From IMG/VR virus record IMGVR_UViG_3300000932_000004, positions 1 to 60,117 of that record: a DNA stretch of 60,117 nucleotides; one strand, 5' to 3'. Numbering within the stretch: position 1 is the first letter of the stretch; the number at the start of each line of letters is the position of its first letter. Below are positions 50,808 to 60,117 of the stretch, in pieces. Origin of the DNA: a virus. Lineage: Duplodnaviria > Caudoviricetes. Position numbers and translations under genes: made by a program. The notes beneath the pieces were generated by a model that searched no databases, was not told the DNA's origin, and saw nothing but the letters and a program-made list of their open reading frames with translations.

Positions 50808-51438
50808 CATAAAAAATATTAAACTTGGTATTATTTATTATTCTGATGAATTAAAATTACATAATAAATTAGATTATATTGAATATATTAATGTTAATAG
50901 CATTGATAATATTAAGTTTCAAAATAAGCCAACATTAATCATTGGATGGAATCTGGTAAAAAATCAAATTAATACAAATAATGTATTAAATAGAGAAATA
51001 AATGAATTATATTCATGGACATTTTCTTTTAATGAGAAGAAAACTGAATATATTAATGATTTGAATGATTTTCTATATATAAAAATATTAAAAATATTTG
51101 ATATATATAACTATAAAATATTATCACCAGTATTCTATGAGAATTTAAGAACTAAAAATGATTATATTAATTATTTGAATAATATTGATATTACTAATAT
51201 ATTTTTAGATAAAAATTTAAATATTAATATTTTATCGTTAAATAATATTTATAGGATTGACTTAAATGAGTTAAAATATTTTAATATTGATCCTAAATAT
51301 ATTTTATTTTTTCTTAAACGAAAGTTTAATAATATCATTTACGATAAAAACAATGAAATGATTACACAATATACAAATTTTTTTAAAACTATTGATACTC
51401 CGATTGTTAGTAAATACATGGTTTTATTTACTAAATAA
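50800..51438 (+). CDS. Hypothetical protein
   Basis: PTLIIGW, WTFS..EK motifs; start uncertain. Confidence 0.5.
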   Translation: MNNIKNIKLGIIYYSDELKLHNKLDYIEYINVNSIDNIKFQNKPTLIIGWNLVKNQINTNNVLNREINELYSWTFSFNEKKTEYINDLNDFLYIKILKIFDIYNYKILSPVFYENLRTKNDYINYLNNIDITNIFLDKNLNINILSLNNIYRIDLNELKYFNIDPKYILFFLKRKFNNIIYDKNNEMITQYTNFFKTIDTPIVSKYMVLFTK

Positions 51439-51479
51439 TATTTTATCATTTAGTAGTATTTATAATAAAATATTTTATT

Positions 51480-51650
51480 ATGGATGCTAAACAGAAAAAA
51501 AATGTTGATATTTTCCTAGACGAGATTCAAGATAATGAAAAATCAAACAAAAAGGAAATTATTAATCAAAAAGACGGTTTAATTGAGCGTATTGATAAGA
51601 AGTATGTTACCGAAGATGGTAAAATGTTATTAAGAGAAAGATATTTCTAA
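51480..51650 (+). CDS. 56-aa late protein (absent from ORF track)
   Basis: MDAKQKKNVDIFLDE...DGLIERIDKKYVTEDGKMLLRE; AGTATTTATA at 51455-51464. Confidence 0.7.
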   Translation: MDAKQKKNVDIFLDEIQDNEKSNKKEIINQKDGLIERIDKKYVTEDGKMLLRERYF

Positions 51651-51660
51651 ATTTAAAAAT

Positions 51661-52314
51661 ATGAAAACGATGGATATTAATCAATTTAAAAATAGATTAA
51701 AAAAATTATATGAATATAAAATTCATGATCTTAATCTGAATAAGGAAGAGAGTGTATACCATATGCGTGAGGATGAAAATGATAATACACAACCTCAGCA
51801 ACAACAACCACAAGATGTTGAAAATAAACAGGTTAACACACAACCTCAACCAAAACCACAAAATACTGATAATCAACAACAAGTAAACCAAGATAGTCAA
51901 CCAAAACCTCAACAACCACAACCAACACCAAGTGTGGATACATCTAATAGTAATGAAATGATGATGGGGTATTTAAAATCGGAGATGAGTAAATTAGATA
52001 ATGTTGTTAATTCAATTGATGAAATATCAAAGACAGTTGATTTTTTATCCAGAAGAATGGAAACATTAAATAAAAACGTTGAAGAGATTAAAGAACCATC
52101 AGATTTTGAAAAATTAGAAATGAGGGCTTTTGATTCATATCCCTATAATAATACCCTAACAAAGGTTTGGGATGACAAAATAAAGTCAAAAGAAGAACAA
52201 GATGCAGAAAGAATGGGTATTTATAAAACGGATGATGGTTATGAAATGGAATATATACCAAATAATAATATAAGTAATACAATTCCAAATAGCATTAGTA
52301 GAAATGGATACTGA
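51661..52314 (+). CDS. Putative virion protein with Q/P-rich linker and coiled coil
   Basis: QPQQQQPQ low-complexity tract; EKLEMR..DSYPYN motif. Confidence 0.55.
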   Translation: MKTMDINQFKNRLKKLYEYKIHDLNLNKEESVYHMREDENDNTQPQQQQPQDVENKQVNTQPQPKPQNTDNQQQVNQDSQPKPQQPQPTPSVDTSNSNEMMMGYLKSEMSKLDNVVNSIDEISKTVDFLSRRMETLNKNVEEIKEPSDFEKLEMRAFDSYPYNNTLTKVWDDKIKSKEEQDAERMGIYKTDDGYEMEYIPNNNISNTIPNSISRNGY

Positions 52315-52639
52315 TATTTTAGTTAAAATTATTGCTGGACTTATCAGCATGTTAATCATATTGGTTGGTGTAATATATAAAAATATTATAAAATCAATTG
52401 AAAAAAACGATAGTAAAATCAATGAGACTTTCAATAAAATTGAAAAGACATTTGATGATAAGTTTATGAAATTAGAAACTGAAGTGAGGGAAAATAATAC
52501 AAAAATTAAAGAAATTATTGCTAGACAAGATACCGAAATTCAGTTAATAAATAAACAAATATCTCTTTTAGATTCTGAAATAAAATATTTAACAAGAAGA
52601 TTAAACAGAATTGAAGGATTAGATTCAGATCGTTATTAA
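52304..52639 (+). CDS. N-terminal TM plus coiled-coil protein (holin/spanin-like architecture)
   Basis: One hydrophobic helix followed by heptad repeats. Confidence 0.4.
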   Translation: MDTDILVKIIAGLISMLIILVGVIYKNIIKSIEKNDSKINETFNKIEKTFDDKFMKLETEVRENNTKIKEIIARQDTEIQLINKQISLLDSEIKYLTRRLNRIEGLDSDRY

Positions 52640-52640
52640 G

Positions 52641-54011
52641 ATGTGTATATTTAGATCATATTTTGAAAAAAACAATACAATAATTTCAAATAGTGAAATT
52701 AATACTGCCAAAAATCAGGTTACTGATATTTTTTATGGTGATAATTCGAGTATATATAGCCGATATATATTTAAAATAGATCTATCTAACTTAATCAATA
52801 AAATACAAACAGAAGAAATTACAGTTGATAAATTTAACTATCATAAACTAAAAATATATAATACGATCAATACTTTTGATAGATTTATCGGTACTGATTA
52901 TGGTTATAATATTAAAAGAAAAAGAGCTAGTGGTGTTGAATTGATATTATTTGTAATCCCTGAAGATTGGAATGAGGGATCTGGATATGATTTTGAATAT
53001 AATTTAATAGGGTTAACAAATCCTAAGAGTAAATCACCATCAAATTGGTTCGATAAAAGAACCAATGAATCATGGACTATAGATGGTATCTATAACAACA
53101 ATAATTTACCTACAATATTAGAAACAATACCCATTGATAATGGTGATGAAAATATCGAAGTTGACATTACCGACTATATTAACGGTATTTTATATGATGC
53201 TGAACCAAATAATGGTTTGGGTATCGCATATAGATTAGATATTGAAGCAATTGAAGATGATTACTTATATAGCGTTTCATATCATACAAAATATACAACA
53301 ACATATCTAGAACCACATCTTGAAAGTAAAATCGATTTAACTATTAAAGATGATAGAAATTGTTTTTATTTGAATGAGGATAATAGATTATATTTATACG
53401 CTAAAAGAGGTCAAGAATTACTAGATATTACACCAATATCCGTAAATATATTCAATCATAAATATGAACTAATAGAATCGATAAGTTCTAATAATATCAT
53501 TAAACAATCAAAGGGTATATACTATATTGGATTAAATTTATCCTCTGATAGTAATATTGATTCTGTCATATATTATGATGAATGGAACTATACAATAGAC
53601 GGGGAACAAAAATCAATTGAAAACGAATTTTATTTAATTGAAAATGATTCAAACTTTTTAATTGAATCAATGCAACCAAAAAATACAATAAACGTTACAT
53701 TATCTGGATTACTACAAGATCAAAAAATTAAAAGAGGTGAAGAACTTATATTGGATTTATTAATAAAAAAATTATATAATCAAAATAATTCAGACCCATT
53801 AAATTTTGAGTATAGAATATATATTGAAAAATCTAATAATACAGAATTAGAGGTGATACCGTTTACACAAGTAAACAGAGCACCAAATAAATACTTTATT
53901 AAATTAAATACTGAAATACTAATACCACATAAATATACATTAGAACTTAAATTAAGAAATATTGATTATACATTAAATTATCAGAATATAAAATTCATTG
54001 TTAAAGATTAA
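52641..54011 (+). CDS. Putative virion structural protein
   Basis: W.EG.GYD, W...G, EVDITDYIN.....PNNGLG, T....EP.LE motifs. Confidence 0.5.
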   Translation: MCIFRSYFEKNNTIISNSEINTAKNQVTDIFYGDNSSIYSRYIFKIDLSNLINKIQTEEITVDKFNYHKLKIYNTINTFDRFIGTDYGYNIKRKRASGVELILFVIPEDWNEGSGYDFEYNLIGLTNPKSKSPSNWFDKRTNESWTIDGIYNNNNLPTILETIPIDNGDENIEVDITDYINGILYDAEPNNGLGIAYRLDIEAIEDDYLYSVSYHTKYTTTYLEPHLESKIDLTIKDDRNCFYLNEDNRLYLYAKRGQELLDITPISVNIFNHKYELIESISSNNIIKQSKGIYYIGLNLSSDSNIDSVIYYDEWNYTIDGEQKSIENEFYLIENDSNFLIESMQPKNTINVTLSGLLQDQKIKRGEELILDLLIKKLYNQNNSDPLNFEYRIYIEKSNNTELEVIPFTQVNRAPNKYFIKLNTEILIPHKYTLELKLRNIDYTLNYQNIKFIVKD

Positions 54012-54015
54012 AAAA

Positions 54016-54047
54016 TTTGCTAAAAAAGAATTTACTTGTTACATTTG
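54016..54047 (+). promoter_or_regulatory. Bacteroidota-type primary sigma promoter
   Basis: TTTG 54016-19, 20-bp spacer, TACATTTG 54040-47. Confidence 0.7.
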
Positions 54048-54085
54048 TAAAATAATTTGTTAAATATATAAAACGCTAAAAAAAA

Positions 54086-55129
54086 ATGGAAGATTTAGAT
54101 CAGTTAAACAATTTGCTAAATGGTTATGAAGAATCATTAAAGAAAGAAGGTACAGACTATGGTCTGGATAAAGAAGAAAAGAAAAGAAAAAAGTTTAAAA
54201 TCACTTCATCTGAAGAAACTTTTAGATTCATGAAAACAACAAATGGTAATTACTATGATGTTGCATATTTTCATGAGGTTAGAGTAGGAAAATATAACCA
54301 AAAGGTTTATTGTTTGAAAAATGATGGTGAAGAATGTCCTTTATGTAAAAAATCTGAAGCTATTTTAGCTAAACAACATAAGGGTAAATACAATGAACTT
54401 ACTGAAGAACAAAGAGAGCATAATAAAAAATATTATAGCGAAGCAATGAAATATGCTGCTAAAAAACATTATGCTTTTGAAGGTATTGACAGAGGTGTTG
54501 AAAAAGATGGTAAAAAGATTTGGCTCGCAAAAGAAAATAAAAAACTTGAAGGTGTTTTAGATAAATTAATTCCAGCAATTAAAGCATATAAAACAGCACA
54601 TGGATTAGATTATACCGATATTGAAAATGGTGTTGATATGACAATATCATCACAACAAGATGTGATTCAAACAACAAAAAATAAATACTGGAAGGTAATT
54701 TCTATTTCAAATAATGGTAAACCATCACAATTACATAGTGATGAAAATACGGCAAATAAATTTTTAAATGATAAAACAACATGGAGGGATGTATATCCAC
54801 CATATGTCATTACCGATGTTGTTGATAAAAAAGAAATGTTATCATTAATTTCTGAGGGTAATGCACCATATTGGGATGAAGATAGAAAAACATTCGTATT
54901 TCCAAATAGACCAGATCTACAAAAATTATATGATGAAAAAAGATCACAAACCACATCTAAAAAGGGTGATAATAGTGGGAGTGATGATGTAGATGAAATT
55001 GCAAATATGATGAAAAATTCTTCAAGTAGTTCGGATGATCAACTTGAAAAAGAATTAAACCAAATCAAGAATAATTCGGGTTCATTAAATATTGCAAATA
55101 TGGATGATCTTGATGATCTACCATTCTAA
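54086..55129 (+). CDS. Single-stranded DNA-binding protein (gp32-like)
   Basis: FH....YC....ECPLC zinc motif, acidic tail DDLDDLPF, directly before recA. Confidence 0.75.
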   Translation: MEDLDQLNNLLNGYEESLKKEGTDYGLDKEEKKRKKFKITSSEETFRFMKTTNGNYYDVAYFHEVRVGKYNQKVYCLKNDGEECPLCKKSEAILAKQHKGKYNELTEEQREHNKKYYSEAMKYAAKKHYAFEGIDRGVEKDGKKIWLAKENKKLEGVLDKLIPAIKAYKTAHGLDYTDIENGVDMTISSQQDVIQTTKNKYWKVISISNNGKPSQLHSDENTANKFLNDKTTWRDVYPPYVITDVVDKKEMLSLISEGNAPYWDEDRKTFVFPNRPDLQKLYDEKRSQTTSKKGDNSGSDDVDEIANMMKNSSSSSDDQLEKELNQIKNNSGSLNIANMDDLDDLPF

Positions 55130-55133
55130 ATTC

Positions 55134-55192
55134 AAAAAATCCATACATATTTAATTTAAATACATAAATTATTATGTGTATGGATTTTTTTT
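55134..55192 (+). terminator. Terminator-like hairpin
   Basis: AAAAAATCCATACA ... TGTATGGATTTTTT with T run. Confidence 0.6.
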
Positions 55193-55221
55193 ATTCAAAA
55201 TCTAATAATATATAAAAATAT

Positions 55222-56289
55222 ATGGCTAAAAGTAGAGGAATTGTTGAAAAAAAATCATTTACATTAAATGATTATAAGAAAAAAAGAGGTGTTGATAATG
55301 TTATGTTCAAACCAATGGAATGGTTGGAATATGGTGATGCTTATAAAGAAATTACTGGATTACCAGGTGCATTATGTGGTATTGTAAATGTTATAATGGG
55401 TCATAGTGATTCTGGTAAAACATCTGCAATGATTAAAGCGGCAATATCTGCACAAAAAAAGGGTAAATTACCTGTTTTTATTATTACTGAAATGAAATGG
55501 TCTTGGGAACATGCTAAATTAATGGGTCTTGAGTATGAAGAGGTTGTTGATCAAGAGACTGGTGAAATTAACTTTGAGGGTGATTTTATTTATGTTGATA
55601 GACTTCAACTAAAATCTATCGAAGATGTTGCACTTTTTATTAATAAAACAATTGATGACCAAGAGAAAGGCGAATTACCAATGGATCTGGTATTTTTATG
55701 GGATTCCGTTGGTTCAGTACCATCACAAATGTCAATCGATAAAGGTAAAAATAATAATGAATGGGCTGCAGGTGCTATGAGTGTTCAATTTGGTGGTTCT
55801 ATTAATCAAAGAATATCAGCTTCAAGAAGAATCGGTTCTCAATATACAAATACACTTATTGTTGTAAATAAAGTATGGGTTGAAAAACCATCAAGTCCAA
55901 TGGCACAACCAAAGATTAAACCAAAGGGTGGTACAACAATGTATTTTGATGCGGGACTTGTTACAAGATTTGGAAATGTTAGTTCATCTGGTTCAAATAA
56001 AATCAAAGCAACAAAAAATGGGAAAGATATGTACTTTGCGAGCAGAGTATCCGTAATGGTTGAAAAAAACCATGTTACTGGTGTTGCTACTGGTGGTAAA
56101 ATTATTGTAACCCCTCATGGATATATTCTCGATGATAAAAAAGAGATTGAAAAATATAAGAAAGAAAATCTTGACTATTTTGCAGAGATATTGGGGGATA
56201 ATTTAACAGATACTGATTTTAATATTGAAATCGAACAGAGTGAAGATGGGTTCGATCTCACTCAATATATGGAAGATAATGTAAGTTAA
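55222..56289 (+). CDS. recA: RecA/UvsX-like recombinase
   Basis: GHSDSGKT Walker A, FLWDSVG Walker B, PKGG, V.VEKNH. Confidence 0.85.
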   Translation: MAKSRGIVEKKSFTLNDYKKKRGVDNVMFKPMEWLEYGDAYKEITGLPGALCGIVNVIMGHSDSGKTSAMIKAAISAQKKGKLPVFIITEMKWSWEHAKLMGLEYEEVVDQETGEINFEGDFIYVDRLQLKSIEDVALFINKTIDDQEKGELPMDLVFLWDSVGSVPSQMSIDKGKNNNEWAAGAMSVQFGGSINQRISASRRIGSQYTNTLIVVNKVWVEKPSSPMAQPKIKPKGGTTMYFDAGLVTRFGNVSSSGSNKIKATKNGKDMYFASRVSVMVEKNHVTGVATGGKIIVTPHGYILDDKKEIEKYKKENLDYFAEILGDNLTDTDFNIEIEQSEDGFDLTQYMEDNVS

Positions 56290-56297
56290 TTTTAATA

Positions 56298-56325
56298 AAT
56301 GGTAGGTTGAGATATACCTACCATT
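56298..56325 (+). terminator. Hairpin after recA
   Basis: Perfect 10-bp stem AATGGTAGGT / ACCTACCATT, 8-nt loop; weak U tract. Confidence 0.6.
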
Positions 56326-56339
56326 GTATATTTAAATAG

Positions 56340-56543
56340 ATGAATATATTAGAAAGAATCAGATCATTTGAATTTGATAAAAATAGAAATAAAATATTTG
56401 GAATAAAATCTGGCATTGTTTGGGGACATTCAAATAAAACAAATTCAACATTTCCATTATTATATATCTCAAAACCAAAATCGGTTTCTCAGGAAGATTT
56501 TGAATTACTATTAGATAAAATCGAAATAACAATAAAAAAATGA
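56340..56543 (+). CDS. Hypothetical protein
   Basis: ATGA overlap with next gene. Confidence 0.5.
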   Translation: MNILERIRSFEFDKNRNKIFGIKSGIVWGHSNKTNSTFPLLYISKPKSVSQEDFELLLDKIEITIKK

Positions 56544-57232
56544 AACATATTATTATTGGAGATACACACGGAAAAGATACATGGAAATCTTTAATAGATT
56601 TAGAATACGATAAATTAGTATTTTTAGGTGATTATTTTGATTCATTTACAATACCATCAATAATTCAATTACAGAATTTTAATGATATTATTGAATTTAA
56701 AAGAGAAAACCCTGATAGAGTTGAATTATTAATAGGAAATCATGATTATCACTATTTTCCTGGTGTTAGAGAGGATTATTCTGGTTATCAGCCTAGTATG
56801 AGGGTTGATTTTGAAAAGGCTCTATATGACGCTTATAATGATGAATTATTAAATGTTGTATATCAATACCAAGATTATATTATATCACACGCTGGTATTA
56901 CTAAAAACTGGTTTAATAATTATGAATTAGATATTGACAATATTGCATATTCAGTAAACGAATTATTTAAATATAAACCAAATAGTTTTTCATTTCAAAT
57001 GGGAAGAAACTTTTCAAATACAGGTGATGATATCACACAAGGACCATTATGGGTTAGACCAAGATCCCTATATAGTAATATGTTGGATAATTATAAATTT
57101 ATTGTGGGTCATACATCTGTTGAAAAAATTGGAATATTTAAAGATAAAATATTTTTAATAGATTGTTTAGATTATGCTAAACAATATTTAGAGGTTACAG
57201 AAGATGGATATAAAATTGTTGATTTTATTTAA
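56540..57232 (+). CDS. Calcineurin-like metallophosphoesterase
   Basis: GDTHG, GDYFD, GNHD, SHAG, GPLWVR, VGHT. Confidence 0.9.
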   Translation: MKHIIIGDTHGKDTWKSLIDLEYDKLVFLGDYFDSFTIPSIIQLQNFNDIIEFKRENPDRVELLIGNHDYHYFPGVREDYSGYQPSMRVDFEKALYDAYNDELLNVVYQYQDYIISHAGITKNWFNNYELDIDNIAYSVNELFKYKPNSFSFQMGRNFSNTGDDITQGPLWVRPRSLYSNMLDNYKFIVGHTSVEKIGIFKDKIFLIDCLDYAKQYLEVTEDGYKIVDFI

Positions 57233-57303
57233 TTATAAAAATTAAAAATAATTTTATTATAATATTTTTTAATAATTTTATATATTTGTAAAAATATAAT
57301 TTA

Positions 57304-58368
57304 ATGAGTAATCTTAACACACTTTTAGTTGATGCAAATTATTTGTTTAAAAGATCCTTATTTGGCGCAAAACACGTATATGCTAAATCAAAACCAATTG
57401 GTGGTTTATATTCTTTTATGACGACACTAAGAAAGTTAGTAACAGAAAATAATATAAATAAAGTTATATTATGTTGGGATGGGGAAAATAGTGGTAAATT
57501 AAGATATTATATATACGAGGGTTATAAAGCAAATAGAGATTCAAAATCATGGTATAATAAAATACAATTAACAGAAAAACAAATATATAAAGAAGAAAAG
57601 GATATGGGTGAACTATATCAAAAAATAAGGATTCAGCAATATGCTGAAGAACTTTTTATCAGGCAAATTGAGGTTGATGAAATTGAAGCAGACGATATTA
57701 TAGCATATTATTGTAAACACAAAAAACCTGAAGAAAATGTTATAATATTCACAAATGATAGAGATTATTTTCAATTACTTGAATATACGAACGTTTCAAT
57801 ATATGTTGATAATATGAATATGGTTATTGATAAGGATATATTTTTTATGTATTTTGATTATCATTACTCAAACTCATTAACAATTAAAATTTTATGTGGT
57901 GATCCTTCTGATAATATTAACGGTATAAAGGGATTAAAAGAAAAAACACTAATAAAATATTTTCCACAGATAAAAGATAGATATGTTCCTGTTAAAGAAA
58001 TATATGCAAAATCATTTGAGATAAGTGAACAGAGAAAAAAAGAGAAAAAAAATGAACTTCAGGTTATCGAAAATATAATTAACGGAAAAGATATTTTAAT
58101 TAGAAATAAGAAATTAATGGATTTAAAAGAACCTTTAATGTCTAAACAAGCGTTAGATGAATATGAAACGTTATATTACCCATTATCATCCGATAATAGA
58201 GGTAGTACAAATTTATTACCAATGATGAATGAAGATGGTTTTTTGGATAATTTTAATTCTAGTTTCGTTAATTATGTTACACCATTTTATTCTGTAATAA
58301 TGAAAGAAAAAGAATATTTTGAAAATTATAGTAGTCTAAAAAAATTTAGAAGAAACTCTTTGTTATAA
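57304..58368 (+). CDS. 5'-3' exonuclease / flap endonuclease (T4 RNase H-like)
   Basis: LLVDAN, YKANR, EADDIIAY, DRDYFQL, GDPSDNI.GIKGL.EKT; TATATTTG at 57281-88. Confidence 0.92.
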   Translation: MSNLNTLLVDANYLFKRSLFGAKHVYAKSKPIGGLYSFMTTLRKLVTENNINKVILCWDGENSGKLRYYIYEGYKANRDSKSWYNKIQLTEKQIYKEEKDMGELYQKIRIQQYAEELFIRQIEVDEIEADDIIAYYCKHKKPEENVIIFTNDRDYFQLLEYTNVSIYVDNMNMVIDKDIFFMYFDYHYSNSLTIKILCGDPSDNINGIKGLKEKTLIKYFPQIKDRYVPVKEIYAKSFEISEQRKKEKKNELQVIENIINGKDILIRNKKLMDLKEPLMSKQALDEYETLYYPLSSDNRGSTNLLPMMNEDGFLDNFNSSFVNYVTPFYSVIMKEKEYFENYSSLKKFRRNSLL

Positions 58369-58390
58369 ATGAAATATAATATTAACTTTG
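58359..58390 (+). promoter_or_regulatory. Bacteroidota-type primary sigma promoter
   Basis: TTTG 58359-62, 20-bp spacer, TAACTTTG 58383-90. Confidence 0.7.
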
Positions 58391-58414
58391 TAAACAATAA
58401 ATAAATAAACAAAT

Positions 58415-59020
58415 ATGGATAACACAACAAATTTTTGCAATCATTATAAATTTGGTGTATACGTAAATAACCAAATGATTAATGAAAGAATATTTTCAGG
58501 GGATGAATATAACCAAGTTGTTAAATATCAAATCGACCTAAGACCAATTATTAATGATATACAAAGATCAATTAAAAATGTATTGTCAAGTAAATCATTA
58601 ACATATAAATTTAATGAATACAATACATTAAAATATTTCACCAATAATAATATTGGATATGATAATATTGATAATATCGAGGAAACATCAATAACCATTA
58701 ATAAAAAAACAAATGGTAAAGATATTAAGAAAACATATACTGGTGTTGAGGTAAAAATTGGTTTTTATCTAAATACAAACCCAATTTTCGAAAGGTCTGT
58801 ATATGTTTCAAACTATAACCCCAAAGCAAGATTCTCTGTTGAATTTCATGAAACAATTCAAGATATCGTTAACGATATTAAAACCAAAATCAAAAGTGAT
58901 GATATGACTCTAATGTGGGAAGATTTTGATTTAATGAATAATTATGGGTTTGCTCATATATCTCAAGTTAGAGAGTTATCAACAGATGAGAGAAATAGAT
59001 TACTAAAAAGAATCAAATAA
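58415..59020 (+). CDS. Replication-linked hypothetical protein with internal duplication
   Basis: Two K.G.Y.N...I.ER......YN...[KR] units. Confidence 0.55.
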   Translation: MDNTTNFCNHYKFGVYVNNQMINERIFSGDEYNQVVKYQIDLRPIINDIQRSIKNVLSSKSLTYKFNEYNTLKYFTNNNIGYDNIDNIEETSITINKKTNGKDIKKTYTGVEVKIGFYLNTNPIFERSVYVSNYNPKARFSVEFHETIQDIVNDIKTKIKSDDMTLMWEDFDLMNNYGFAHISQVRELSTDERNRLLKRIK

Positions 59021-59023
59021 TTA

Positions 59024-60117
59024 ATGAGTAATAATAATATTGATAGTTTTGCATATCTTGGTAGAGAATTTCAATTTAAAGTATTAGGTGAACTATTAAC
59101 AGATAGTAAATTTTGCGAAAATATAATACAACATATACAATCAAAGTATTTTGATGATGATACTTTTAAAAGAATTTTAATTGAAATAAAAAATCATACA
59201 GAAAAATATGGAAAAGTACCATCAATAAGAAATAATTCAATATATGAAACAATAAGATCAAAAATATCGGATGAAATAGAATTAACAACATTAATCGCAG
59301 TACTTGATAAACTCAAAGAAAGAGACGAAAATAAAAATAAACCAAATAATTATGTACCATATGACGGTGAAGAAGTTCAACAAAAAATATGGTTATTTAT
59401 CAAACAACAAGAATATAAAAATTTAGGTAATTTTATTATTAAAAATATTATTGCAGGACAAATAGATGTTGTTGATGATATTGAAGAAAAAATAAGAGAA
59501 ATATCAAAAATTGGTAATACTGATGATGGGGGTGTTAACATTTTTGATGATATTGATGAAACATTGGAAATGGATTATCGAAATCCAATCCCAACTGGGT
59601 TAGGTAATGACTTAGATGAATTAATGGGTGGTGGTTTAGGTAATGGTGAAATGGGATTTGTTCTCGCAGGTTTGGGGACTGGTAAAGCGCAACCATTAAC
59701 AGCAAAAGTATTAACACCAAATGGATGGAAATTAATGGGTGATATTGAAGTTGGTGATGATGTTATTTCATCTAATGGTAAACCAACAAAAGTATTGGGT
59801 GTATATCCACAAGATGGTGACAGGGATGTATATAGAGTTGAATTTAATGATGGTTCTGTAACTGAATGCGATGTTGACCATTTATGGAGTGTTAGATTAA
59901 ATAATAACGAAAATTTTGAAGTTAAAGAATTTAGAGAAATTATTGATCTAAAATTAAGTAATAATATTATTAATATACCTGTTGTAAAACCAATCGAATT
60001 AAATAGAATTAAAATATCTAACAAATATAAATATAAAAATAATCTAGATTATTTAGGTAGTTCATTATATGCATATCCTCCTGATATGATGGAAGTTTAT
60101 ATAAATTATATTATTCA
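59024..60117 (+). CDS. dnaB: Replicative DNA helicase (DnaB/gp41-type), intein-containing, truncated at window end (absent from ORF track)
   Basis: MSNNNIDSFAYLG...PIPTGLG..LDELMGGGLGNGEMGFVLAGLGTGK. Confidence 0.88.
   Translation, partial: MSNNNIDSFAYLGREFQFKVLGELLTDSKFCENIIQHIQSKYFDDDTFKRILIEIKNHTEKYGKVPSIRNNSIYETIRSKISDEIELTTLIAVLDKLKERDENKNKPNNYVPYDGEEVQQKIWLFIKQQEYKNLGNFIIKNIIAGQIDVVDDIEEKIREISKIGNTDDGGVNIFDDIDETLEMDYRNPIPTGLGNDLDELMGGGLGNGEMGFVLAGLGTGKAQPLTAKVLTPNGWKLMGDIEVGDDVISSNGKPTKVLGVYPQDGDRDVYRVEFNDGSVTECDVDHLWSVRLNNNENFEVKEFREIIDLKLSNNIINIPVVKPIELNRIKISNKYKYKNNLDYLGSSLYAYPPDMMEVYINYII
59687..60117 (+). mobile_element. Intein N-terminal part inserted after Walker A Lys
   Basis: GK|AQPLTAKVLTPNGWKLMGDIEVGD.V....G....V.GVYPQ...VYRV.F.DG....C..DHLW. 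Confidence 0.88.

Noticed and set aside
59535-60024. Minus-strand ORFs near the window end
   Set aside because: Antisense to the helicase/intein frame
1-60117. Stop-codon reassignment, tRNA/rRNA genes, DGR or retron RT
   Set aside because: Conserved genes are intact under code 11; no cloverleaf, rRNA or reverse transcriptase motifs were recognisable by eye

Overview
Very AT-rich, gene-dense 60 kb segment of a large contractile-tailed (T4-like/jumbo) dsDNA phage, standard genetic code, probably infecting a Bacteroidota host (TTTG-N20-TAnnTTTG promoters, SprB-like repeats, DDLPF-ended SSB). 1-20.7 kb (minus): tail fibre and baseplate genes. 21-32 kb (minus): glycosyltransferases, methyltransferase, sigma-like protein, ClpP, PhoH, IMPDH/GMP reductase and a GC-shifted fibre cassette. 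32.3 kb onward (plus): gp26-like chaperone with a probable -1 frameshift into a gp51-like frame, tape measure, a ~0.8 kb non-coding region with a palindromic repeat array, more baseplate genes, thyA, second sigma-like gene, HNH, a GT + PlcP/LpxH-like pair split by a TnpB-only IS200/IS605 element, and a replication block (SSB, RecA/UvsX, 5'-3' exonuclease, DnaB-type helicase with an Ala-initiated intein, truncated by the window end). Best leads: the repeat array with its 33-bp upstream element shared with phoH, the frameshift, the possible phosphate-starvation lipid-remodelling pair, a GTATTTAT late-promoter class, and nested/split fibre domains. All protein calls are by motif recognition, with no database search.
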